Both the position numbers and the translations under genes were made by a program. DNA of 64,000 bases from contig JAWCCZ010000001.1 in assembly GCA_038861545.1 (NCBI GenBank), positions 1 through 64,000 of the forward strand, written 5' to 3'. The notes under the pieces were generated by a model that saw nothing but the letters and a program-made list of their open reading frames with translations, searched no databases and was not told where the DNA came from. Shown here one piece after another: positions 39,168-52,117 of the stretch (position 1 is the stretch's first letter; each line of letters opens with the position of its first letter). Source of the stretch: Thermofilaceae archaeon. Lineage in GTDB: Archaea; Thermoproteota; Thermoprotei; Thermofilales; Thermofilaceae.

Positions 39168-39810
39168 AGCTAGAAGTAAGTCCATCTTGAATTCGTTCAT
39201 GAATTTTAACTATTTTTATAGGAATTCTTAAGTTTTCAATAGATTTTTTAACCATTTCTTCAATCACTGCTTGATCCGGACCTAGGAGTATTATGTCTGG
39301 CTTTAAGCTTTGGAGAGTGCCCTCAATATCTAGTGGTTCACTACCTAAATACGCTTCATCAACATATCTGATGCTTCTAATAACTTCGAGTCTTTGCTTC
39401 TCCGGAATCATCGGTTTACGCCCTTTAAGTCTGATTATGGTGGAATCACGAGCTACAATAACTACTACTGTACCAAGCTCCCTTGCTTTTCTTAGTAAGT
39501 ATAGATGACCAGGATGCACTATTTCGAAAGTGCCGCCCACCAATACCCTCGGCGGTTTATGAGCTGGCCACTGCACCTTTATAAAACCTAGGATGGATAA
39601 AGCATCTAATAAACCTTCAGCATAAGATGAGCAGGCTATACTTGTCACCGGATCTCTCCGTTCAAGGTAAAACTCAGCATCTCTTAGATACCTACTAGCT
39701 TCTTCAATCACACACCTCACATTATCAACGTTAACATTTTCAAGATTATGAAGTGCCACCTTAAGGTTTTCAATATAATTCTTAGCTTTTTCTACAGCTG
39801 TTAAGTCCAT
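39124..39810 (-). CDS. ribL: DUF357 domain fused to FAD synthase (cytidylyltransferase family)
   Basis: SYAEGLLDA DUF357 motif; GGTFEIVHPGH, LGPDQ, SSSNI. Confidence 0.82.
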   Translation of the reverse strand: MDLTAVEKAKNYIENLKVALHNLENVNVDNVRCVIEEASRYLRDAEFYLERRDPVTSIACSSYAEGLLDALSILGFIKVQWPAHKPPRVLVGGTFEIVHPGHLYLLRKARELGTVVVIVARDSTIIRLKGRKPMIPEKQRLEVIRSIRYVDEAYLGSEPLDIEGTLQSLKPDIILLGPDQAVIEEMVKKSIENLRIPIKIVKIHERIQDGLTSSSNIVKLLLNNEPGL

Positions 39811-39860
39811 ACAATTCTCAGTATAATAAGGGGGTTATTGTACTAACGCATAAATAGTGT

Positions 39861-40739
39861 TTAGAAAGTTTCATCGATATCTAAACCTTTATCACCATTA
39901 GTCAATCCATTATATGAAGTATTTGTATACATTAGCGAAACAACACGTTTATTCCAATCAACAAGTAGAGCTTCAGACACGCTTGTAAGAGCCTGTAGGA
40001 TCTCCATTTCAACGGGGTTAAGGCGTCCAGGCACCACTAGTGAATGAGGCGGTGGTCCTAGATCAATTAATTCGCCCAATTTCATTACTTTTACAGATTC
40101 GTCTGGACTAGTAGCTCTAGCCACCGCTATAAAAGGCGTTCTCTCGTCTATTATGCCAAGTTTCTCTTTTTCCTCAAGTAATCGCAGAATTTCAATGGCT
40201 TCACAGGCTGTCATAGCATACCCTTTTTCAACATCTAAGTCTAGCAAAAATAACGTGTGAAGTCCTCTGATCAAATTCTCGTAAAAGACGTGGTAGGGCG
40301 TAGATGGGAAATAGCTTGGAGTAGGCTTTATAATGGTGACCGGTCTACCCATTTTATAGATATGTAAGCCGGTTGAGGCAAGTACAGCATTAATCACCGA
40401 AGGGGCTGGTAAAGCTACAACCTTTACACCTTGTTTAATTGCTGTTAGTCGTATAACGTTATGAGTAGTTGCTACAAATGGATCACCTGGAACCAGCAAA
40501 ACAATATCTTCGTGTTTAGCATCATACACAATTTGGTTGAGCTGATCCCCCTCTAACTGGCTTCGTCTTAACACCTGTATATTTTTACCTATAATTTTTT
40601 CAAGTTCTTCAAGCTTAAAGTCAGGCATCAAACTTGTGTAAAATTCTATAAAGACTTTGCTTGATCTACACAACATTTCAAGTGTACCCATGCTTATATC
40701 TCTCAAATTGTATAAGCCTAAACCTGCTATAACTAACAC
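39861..40739 (-). CDS. dph5: Diphthine synthase
   Basis: EFYTS, GDPFVATTH, GLHIYKMG, HTLFLLD, PPHSL. Confidence 0.94.
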   Translation of the reverse strand: MLVIAGLGLYNLRDISMGTLEMLCRSSKVFIEFYTSLMPDFKLEELEKIIGKNIQVLRRSQLEGDQLNQIVYDAKHEDIVLLVPGDPFVATTHNVIRLTAIKQGVKVVALPAPSVINAVLASTGLHIYKMGRPVTIIKPTPSYFPSTPYHVFYENLIRGLHTLFLLDLDVEKGYAMTACEAIEILRLLEEKEKLGIIDERTPFIAVARATSPDESVKVMKLGELIDLGPPPHSLVVPGRLNPVEMEILQALTSVSEALLVDWNKRVVSLMYTNTSYNGLTNGDKGLDIDETF

Positions 40740-40798
40740 AATTATTCGTTTTTTCTTTAAGAAAAATTTTTACGCTTCCTTAACGTCCGTTCCATAGC

Positions 40799-40923
40799 GC
40801 GGGGGTGCCCGAGCTAGGTCAAAGGGGGCGGTCCAGCAACGGCTGGGCCCAAACTCAGGATCTAGTTAGGGATGAGATCTCCGCTGGCGGAGGCCTGCCC
40901 GGGTTCGAATCCCGGCCCCCGCA
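40799..40923 (+). tRNA. tRNA-Leu(CAG) with two introns: 30/31 (40832-40852, 21 nt) and 37/38 (40860-40878, 19 nt)
   Basis: GCGGGGG/CCCCCGC acceptor, long variable arm; two BHB motifs (GGGC/GCCC and CTCA/TGAG helices); spliced arm GCGGA-CTCAGGC-TCCGC. Confidence 0.9.
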
Positions 40924-41222
40924 TACTTCCTGTCACACTACGTTACCGTACTGAAAATAGTTGTTATAGAAGAAAAAGGTCTGTAGTCTTAATATTAAAC
41001 CATAGTATCAGAAAATAACTTTTAAGATTTTCACTTCTGTAAGGGAAATCCTTATCAGCGTTTAGTAAAGAAATCGTCTACTGATTTTTTATCTCTAATA
41101 CCAAGGTAGTTTCAAAATACATTTCAAAAATTATAATTGAACACTATAGCACCTATTTCACAGCAGAGTCTAGCTGAATTATCAGAAAAAAATAAAACTA
41201 TTCTAAGCTTGCGGTACTAGTC

Positions 41223-41483
41223 ATGAGAAGGGAGGTTAAAATTTACAGTGTTAGCGGGCAAATATTCTTGCACAGACTAAGCGAGTGGCGTAAGTTTACG
41301 GTTGAAGTATTAGCAATAAAGCCTGAACACGCGGTAGAGCGTGTTTTAAGTGAGTTAGGGTCTAGACACAAGTTGAAAAGAAAACACATTAAAATTATCA
41401 AAGTAGAGGAAGTGAATGCGGAGAGGGTGAAAAATATCACCATTAAAGATCTCACCAACCTAAATAGAATACTTGCAGGTTAG
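41223..41483 (+). CDS. rpl18a: Ribosomal protein L18Ae/LX
   Basis: ERVLSELGSRHKLKRKHIKI; upstream of pfdA-ftsY. Confidence 0.93.
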   Translation: MRREVKIYSVSGQIFLHRLSEWRKFTVEVLAIKPEHAVERVLSELGSRHKLKRKHIKIIKVEEVNAERVKNITIKDLTNLNRILAG

Positions 41484-41493
41484 GTGAAAATTT

Positions 41494-41901
41494 GTGGCAT
41501 CCGATAGTAAGGAGGAGCTTGTTGCTGAATATGCTACATTAGGGCAATTAGCAGAGGAACTCAGACGAAGGATAGATTTGCTCAATGTCTCGTTGAATGA
41601 ACTCACAGCAGCTAAAAGTGCCGTGGATGAATTAGTTAATGTCAAAGAAGGAGAGGAAGTATTAGTGCCTGTAGGCGCCGGCATCTATGTCAAAGCAAAC
41701 ATTTCAAATACGAAAATTGTTCTTGTATCGATTGGAGCTAACATAATTGTTGAAAGGTCCTTAGAAGAAGCAAAGAAATATCTTGATGATCGGGAACAGA
41801 GAGTAAGAGACGCTCTGCAAAAAACACTAGGTGATTATCAAGCGGTGGTTTCACGAATGAGAGAGCTTGAACGAGGAATAAGAACAACCTCAAGTAAGTG
41901 A
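41494..41901 (+). CDS. pfdA: Prefoldin alpha subunit
   Basis: EVLVPVGAGIYV..VLVSIGANIIVE flanked by coiled coils. Confidence 0.93.
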   Translation: MASDSKEELVAEYATLGQLAEELRRRIDLLNVSLNELTAAKSAVDELVNVKEGEEVLVPVGAGIYVKANISNTKIVLVSIGANIIVERSLEEAKKYLDDREQRVRDALQKTLGDYQAVVSRMRELERGIRTTSSK

Positions 41902-41925
41902 TAATTCCCTATTGTTTTCAATGGT

Positions 41926-42855
41926 TTGCAGGTCATAGAAAGGTGCTGTGTAGTGCTTGAGGGTCTCAAAAGAACCTTAAGCAGGATAGCCGAGATGTTA
42001 GCCAGAGCTGACTTCTCCATAGAAGACATGGAGATGATTGAGAGGGAAACTATCATAATGCTTGTTGAGTGTGATGTGGCCTTTGAAGCCGCTGAAGCTA
42101 TAGCTAAGTTAGTTAAAGAAAAAGCGTTAGAGCGACAAATAAGTGTAAAAAACAAGCAGATAGTTGAACAGCAACTGTTGAAGGAGACTTTGATAAAACT
42201 GTTTGCAAAGGCTAAGTGGTTTGATCTAGAAGAAACTATAATTAAAGTTAAGCAAGATGAAGAGCCGGTAAAGCTTCTATTTGTCGGACCTAACGGGCAT
42301 GGCAAAACCACAACTATTGCAAAGCTCGGTTACAGGCTTAAGGGGAGAGGCCTTAGCGTGGTATTTGCAGCCGCAGATACTTGGCGCGCCGGTGCTTTTG
42401 AGCAGTTAAGGCTTCATGCCAGTAACATAGGGGCTGATATTGTAAGCCATGGCTACGGAGCAGATCCAGCAGCAGTGGCCTTTGACGCTGTAGCTTATGC
42501 CCGCAAGCGTAGCAAAGACGTTGTGCTGATAGATACGGCAGGCCGTCTTCAAACAGATGTAGATCTAATGAATGAGCTTAGAAAAATAGCTAAGGTTGTG
42601 AAACCGGATTTCAAAATATTTGTTGGTGACGCGTTAACGGGTAATGATGCACTATACCAGGCAGTTACTTTTAACCAGTACATAGGCATCGATGGAGGTA
42701 TACTTACAAAGTTTGATGCCGATGCGAAAGGAGGCTCGGCTATAAGCTTCGTATACGCGATAGAGAAACCGATACTTTATATAGGAACTGGGCAGGGGTA
42801 CGAGGATTTGCAGCCATTTAGCATAGAGTGGTTCCTGACTCGGGTATTTGAGTAA
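41926..42855 (+). CDS. ftsY: SRP receptor FtsY
   Basis: GPNGHGKTTT, DTWRAGA, DTAGR, TKFDADAKGG, GTGQ. Confidence 0.95.
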   Translation: MQVIERCCVVLEGLKRTLSRIAEMLARADFSIEDMEMIERETIIMLVECDVAFEAAEAIAKLVKEKALERQISVKNKQIVEQQLLKETLIKLFAKAKWFDLEETIIKVKQDEEPVKLLFVGPNGHGKTTTIAKLGYRLKGRGLSVVFAAADTWRAGAFEQLRLHASNIGADIVSHGYGADPAAVAFDAVAYARKRSKDVVLIDTAGRLQTDVDLMNELRKIAKVVKPDFKIFVGDALTGNDALYQAVTFNQYIGIDGGILTKFDADAKGGSAISFVYAIEKPILYIGTGQGYEDLQPFSIEWFLTRVFE

Positions 42856-42897
42856 AAGCGAATAGAACATATATCGATGATCTGAATAGGAATAAAC

Positions 42898-43845
42898 GTG
42901 GAGGAAGCAAAACACTTGCTAGATGTTTACCAATTAACTAGCAAAGAATTAGTAGAGCTACTAGAAACCGCTATAATGTATAAGAAACTAAGGAAAAAAG
43001 GTATTAGATGTACTCGTGAATTACGAGGCAGGAGTGTTGCGATGATCTTCGAGAAGCCATCAACCAGGACCAGGGCATCCTTCGCTGTAGCAGTTTATGA
43101 AATGGGTGGGCTGCCCGTGGCGTATAACCGTGAGGAGTTGCAACTAGCGCGTGGCGAGCCTGTAAAAGACTTAGTTAGGGTTCTAAGTCGATACCATGAT
43201 GCAATAGCAGCTAGGGTCTACCATCAAGAAAACTTGGAGGAAATGGCTAAGTATTCTTCAGTTCCGGTGATAAACCTATTGAGCGATAAGTTTCATCCTC
43301 TACAAGCACTCGCTGACTGCATGACTATCATAGAGATTTTCGGAAAGCTTAAGGGCATAAAGCTAGCCTTTGTAGGCGACGGTCAAGACAACGTGTTTAA
43401 TTCCTTAGCTATCGCCGGATTAAAGTTGGGTATGGAGATAAGAATTGCTTGTCCACCGGAGTATGGGCCGAAAGTAAGCTGGCTTAAAAAGCTTGCTGGT
43501 GAGATAGAAGGTACTTTAGAGGTTTATGATGAACCTTTAAACGCCGTCAAAGATGTAGATGTAGTTTACACAGATGTATTCGTTAGCATGGGACAGGAAA
43601 AAGAGAAGGATGAGAGGTTAAGAAGCTTTTTACCGCGTTATAGAGTTTCCTTGGAATTGATGAAGCATGCTGGTACAGGTGCAGTTTTCATGCACTGTTT
43701 ACCGGCGCATAGGGGAGAAGAAGTAGATGAAACAGTAATTGAAAGTGAGCGATCAGTGATCTTCGAGCAAGCTGAAAATCGATTGCATACCGCTAAGGCT
43801 GTATTAAAAAAGTTACTTTGCCAAGAATCTCCGATCAGTTTTTAA
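42898..43845 (+). CDS. argF: Ornithine carbamoyltransferase
   Basis: KPSTRTR, HPLQ, SMG, HCLP, AENR. Confidence 0.95.
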   Translation: MEEAKHLLDVYQLTSKELVELLETAIMYKKLRKKGIRCTRELRGRSVAMIFEKPSTRTRASFAVAVYEMGGLPVAYNREELQLARGEPVKDLVRVLSRYHDAIAARVYHQENLEEMAKYSSVPVINLLSDKFHPLQALADCMTIIEIFGKLKGIKLAFVGDGQDNVFNSLAIAGLKLGMEIRIACPPEYGPKVSWLKKLAGEIEGTLEVYDEPLNAVKDVDVVYTDVFVSMGQEKEKDERLRSFLPRYRVSLELMKHAGTGAVFMHCLPAHRGEEVDETVIESERSVIFEQAENRLHTAKAVLKKLLCQESPISF

Positions 43846-43866
43846 GCACCTCTTAATTAGAGTAGC

Positions 43867-44127
43867 GTGGGCTTCATAAATGATGTTATCCGGACTCTGA
43901 GAGCTACTAAGAAGGCTGATCCGAAAACATACAAAGTTTCCTTAAAAGTTGTGGGGCTAGGTTTTGTGCTACTTGGCTCATTAGGTTACTTGTTTCAGTT
44001 GATTGGAGCTGGATTACGAATGGTGAAGCTTGCTACCGTGTCGAGCGACGTGATTACAATGGCATTGGCGGCAGTGGCTGCAATTACATTAGCTGCTGTT
44101 TTGTATCTAAGAAGAAAAGCCTCATAA
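43867..44127 (+). CDS. secE: Protein translocase SecE/Sec61-gamma with an extra C-terminal TM
   Basis: RTLRATKKAD amphipathic helix, GFVLLGSLGY TM; directly before spt5. Confidence 0.82.
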   Translation: MGFINDVIRTLRATKKADPKTYKVSLKVVGLGFVLLGSLGYLFQLIGAGLRMVKLATVSSDVITMALAAVAAITLAAVLYLRRKAS

Positions 44128-44181
44128 ATGATGTCAATGTAATCTATATTCCGAGAAGCTATGTTAAAGGTGGTATAATTT

Positions 44182-44661
44182 ATGGCTATCAGGAAGGCTC
44201 GGTTCTATGGAATTAGAGTTACCCAAGGTCAGGAGGTAACAATGGCATTACTAATGGAGGAGCGGATAAAGGCTGGAACAATGCCAATTTATTCGTTAGC
44301 TATACTGCCTAGCTTAAAAGGGGTTATATTGGCTGAGTCAGATGTGCCACACGCTGTACAGAGAGTCTCAATGAATCTTAAACATGTAAGAGGTTTAATG
44401 AAAGGAGGTATGGATTTCTCAGAGATCGAGAAATTTGTAGCTCCGAAGCCAATCATAGAAACCATCAAAATAAATGATGTAGTTGAAATAACTAGTGGAC
44501 CGTTTATCGGTATGAGGGGGCGTGTACTAGAGATCGATAAAGTTAAGGGTGAGGTTAAAGTCGAAATAACTGAAGCAGCATATCCACTGCCAGTGACTAT
44601 AAGCGCTGATTACGTAAGGATTGTTAGGATTTCAGAGGAGGCAGCTGAGGGTTCGAGATGA
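44182..44661 (+). CDS. spt5: Transcription elongation factor Spt5
   Basis: TQGQE NGN domain, KOW VEITSGPFIG. Confidence 0.95.
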   Translation: MAIRKARFYGIRVTQGQEVTMALLMEERIKAGTMPIYSLAILPSLKGVILAESDVPHAVQRVSMNLKHVRGLMKGGMDFSEIEKFVAPKPIIETIKINDVVEITSGPFIGMRGRVLEIDKVKGEVKVEITEAAYPLPVTISADYVRIVRISEEAAEGSR

Positions 44662-45971
44662 ATATGCAATGTGGTCTAAGAGACTTCCTAGAGCAGCTCA
44701 ACGAGGAAAAACTATTAGAGAGAATAAGTAAACCGGTCTCCGTTGACTACGAAGCGGCCTATTGGTTAAAAACTTATGATGGCATGAAAGCTGTGTTGAT
44801 GGAGAAACCGATAGGCTATAGTATTCCAATTGTGGGAAATATACTTTGCTCTCGCCATTTTTTATATAAAGCTTTAAAAGTTGAAAATGATTCTGAAGCT
44901 TTCTCAAAACTATTGAAGGCGATAAATGAGCCGAAAGAGGTGAAAATAGAGGGCAATCCAGGATGTTTTAAAAGTTTGAAGGGTATAGACTGCTTACCGG
45001 TTCTTAGAAGTTATCAGGGAGAGGCAGGTAGGTACCTTACCGCTTCGATACTTATTGCACGGGAACCTGGGGGTGAAGTATGCAATGCAAGTATTCATAG
45101 GATGCTAGTTCTCGATAATAAACACTTGGCAGTTCGCTTAGTTCCTCGTCATTTATACATGATGTATATGGAAGCCAAGAAAAGGGGTGAACACTTACCA
45201 GCAGCTGCAGTAATTGGAACTTCGCCTGAATTTTACATAGCAGCAGCTGCATCACCACCATATGGTGTTTTTGAGCTTGAAGTGGCTAATACACTAGCTG
45301 AAGGAAAAATCAAAGCCTTCGACGCGGGAAATGGATTGCCAGTGCCCTTAGACTCAGAGATAGTGCTGTTAGGCAGGTTACGTACAGATATTGAAACTCC
45401 AGAGGGACCATTTGTCGATATTTTAGGCACATTAGATACTGTTAGGAATCAACCTGTATTGGAAGTAGATGAAGTGCTGATAAGGGAGGGTGTTTCTTAC
45501 TATACAATCCTGCAAGGTGGGCGCGAACATATATTACTAATGGGTTTCCCTCGCGAGGCAGCAATATGGGATTCTATTAGAAAGGTTGTACCCAGAGTGA
45601 AATCGGTTCGACTGCTTGAGAGTGGTGGAGGTTGGCTAATAGCAGTAATTTCTATAACTAAGAACGCTGACGGTGATGCAAAAAATGCCTTACTAGCCGC
45701 GTTCGCCGCACACCCCTCTCTTAAGATAGCTGTAACTGTCGACGAGGATTTAGATATAGATAACCCTTCAGATCTACTGTGGGCTTTAGCAACCAGAATG
45801 CAGCCGGATGAGGATCTCATCATCTTAAAGGGTTGCAGAGGGTCTAGTTTAGACCCTTCTGCTGATCAGTCTACTCTAACAACATCTAAACTGGGTATCG
45901 ATGCGACTATACCTTTAACGAAGCAGAGGGAGTTATTCCATCGTGCTAAAATACCTTGGAACTTTTCTTAG
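44658..45971 (+). CDS. UbiD-family prFMN decarboxylase (possibly anhydromevalonate phosphate decarboxylase)
   Basis: NASIHRM, EGPFVD, VDEDLDI, WALATR, SSLDPS, KLGIDAT. Confidence 0.9.
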   Translation: MNMQCGLRDFLEQLNEEKLLERISKPVSVDYEAAYWLKTYDGMKAVLMEKPIGYSIPIVGNILCSRHFLYKALKVENDSEAFSKLLKAINEPKEVKIEGNPGCFKSLKGIDCLPVLRSYQGEAGRYLTASILIAREPGGEVCNASIHRMLVLDNKHLAVRLVPRHLYMMYMEAKKRGEHLPAAAVIGTSPEFYIAAAASPPYGVFELEVANTLAEGKIKAFDAGNGLPVPLDSEIVLLGRLRTDIETPEGPFVDILGTLDTVRNQPVLEVDEVLIREGVSYYTILQGGREHILLMGFPREAAIWDSIRKVVPRVKSVRLLESGGGWLIAVISITKNADGDAKNALLAAFAAHPSLKIAVTVDEDLDIDNPSDLLWALATRMQPDEDLIILKGCRGSSLDPSADQSTLTTSKLGIDATIPLTKQRELFHRAKIPWNFS

Positions 45972-45989
45972 CTTGAATGACAGACAGTT

Positions 45990-46334
45990 CTAGGTTCTCT
46001 TAGTTATTAGCCCTGTAATCAAGCATTCTACGATGAAGTCTGGGTCCACTCTACCTATCCCACTGATCCTTTTAGCCGTGACCATAGTACCCGAATCAAG
46101 TTGAGTAAATGTAAGAACATAACTATCGCTCCAGCGTTTTCCAAGCCTAGATTTATAAATAACCCTTATAAGCGCCTCAAGCCTTTCGCCAGTTTTCTTC
46201 ACATATTCGACCCTGATCACCTTAGAATCTTCACTCCCCTCCGATAACGCGTTAGAGTATTTAGAATTAAGGCTCCATAATGCCTCAGCTATAGCAGAAA
46301 AGCTCCAGGAGGAGCCTAAAAAATAACACCTCAT
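45990..46334 (-). CDS. Hypothetical protein
   Basis: 114-aa ORF filling the gap; divergent from 46361. Confidence 0.55.
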   Translation of the reverse strand: MRCYFLGSSWSFSAIAEALWSLNSKYSNALSEGSEDSKVIRVEYVKKTGERLEALIRVIYKSRLGKRWSDSYVLTFTQLDSGTMVTAKRISGIGRVDPDFIVECLITGLITKRT

Positions 46335-46360
46335 AGAGATCCTACTATAAAGGGGGATAT

Positions 46361-47041
46361 ATGCACTGTGCTAAATGTGGTAAGCGAGCTGAGCATATTG
46401 ATCCAGCTACAGGAGATACATTATGTATTAATTGTCTGCAAACTACTGTAAAAAGACGTTTCCTGAAGGGATTAAGACGAGCAAATCCGCGCAGAGACGA
46501 TAAAGTAATAATAGCTTGCAGAGCGGACACTCAATCCCTCTTTACACTTAAAACAATGATAGAAGTAGAGAAAAATTATCCTGTAAGTCTCGAGGTTATA
46601 GAACTGGCTAAAATACCATTTTGCTTAGATTTTTGTAAAAAAACAAATATCAACTACAAGTTTATCGAAGCTGACTATAAGACTTACACGGGTTTCAGAC
46701 TAGCCTTAACCGATAAAATAAATCAACAACGCAATGATGTTCTTATAGTCATGCCAGATGTTCTCGAAGATATAGCAGCCTATTTTTTAGGAGAAGTATT
46801 ACTAGGTGATATAAGAGGTTTAAGCTTAGATGCAAGCTTTAGAGTAGCCTATCCCTCGGCCTTCTTGAGCTATAGAACCTTAGCTTTCCTCGAGCCAGAG
46901 CTCATAGGTAGTTTATCAAGCCTCTACTTAAACTCCGGCGCTAAGGTATTACTAGAAGAGTTTGCTAGATACCATTCAACACTAGTTTTCTCAAGTGTAA
47001 AAATGTTCTACAAATTAGTTAATATCTTAAGAGAGGCGTAA
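46361..47041 (+). CDS. Degenerate TtuA/NcsA(Ctu1)-family protein
   Basis: N-terminal CAKC..CINC zinc finger; DKVIIACRADTQS at the PP-loop position; DVLEDIA..LG resembles HNLDD..RG. Confidence 0.6.
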   Translation: MHCAKCGKRAEHIDPATGDTLCINCLQTTVKRRFLKGLRRANPRRDDKVIIACRADTQSLFTLKTMIEVEKNYPVSLEVIELAKIPFCLDFCKKTNINYKFIEADYKTYTGFRLALTDKINQQRNDVLIVMPDVLEDIAAYFLGEVLLGDIRGLSLDASFRVAYPSAFLSYRTLAFLEPELIGSLSSLYLNSGAKVLLEEFARYHSTLVFSSVKMFYKLVNILREA

Positions 47042-47053
47042 GATATATAAGCC
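47041..47053 (+). promoter_or_regulatory. rRNA operon TATA box
   Basis: AGATATATAAGCC at the AT-to-GC transition before the structured leader. Confidence 0.65.
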
Positions 47054-47223
47054 CAGAATGCAAATACCTCCTGCGCCGTGATCTACGGCGGCTCACCCAG
47101 ATAACGGGGAGGCGAGCCCTCCACCAATGAAGAGGTGGCCTCCGGTCGCGGCGACAAGGTGCGGGCCCAAGCAAACTAAACCCCTTTGGCGAGAGAGGGT
47201 TTAGACGCTTGGGTCTAAGAGAA

Positions 47224-48803
<1,580 letters not shown>

Positions 48804-48884
48804 TATTTTTATTAGATGCAACCCGAAAGGTTAAACCTTTCGGGTGAAGGGCTGAGCGATCCAGCTATAGCTGGATCGCTGTGA

Positions 48885-52052
<3,168 letters not shown>

Positions 52053-52117
52053 CTCTATATCTTTTGATTTCATATAACTTAGTTAAGGTTATATTTTAGT
52101 AAAGGTCGTAAATATAC

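Noticed and set aside
40924-41222. AT-rich intergenic region as possible replication origin
   Set aside because: No ORB/mini-ORB repeats seen and no cdc6 or whiP nearby
48821-48881. Two perfect palindromes in the 16S-23S spacer
   Set aside because: Ordinary spacer hairpins; no tRNA cloverleaf or repeat array
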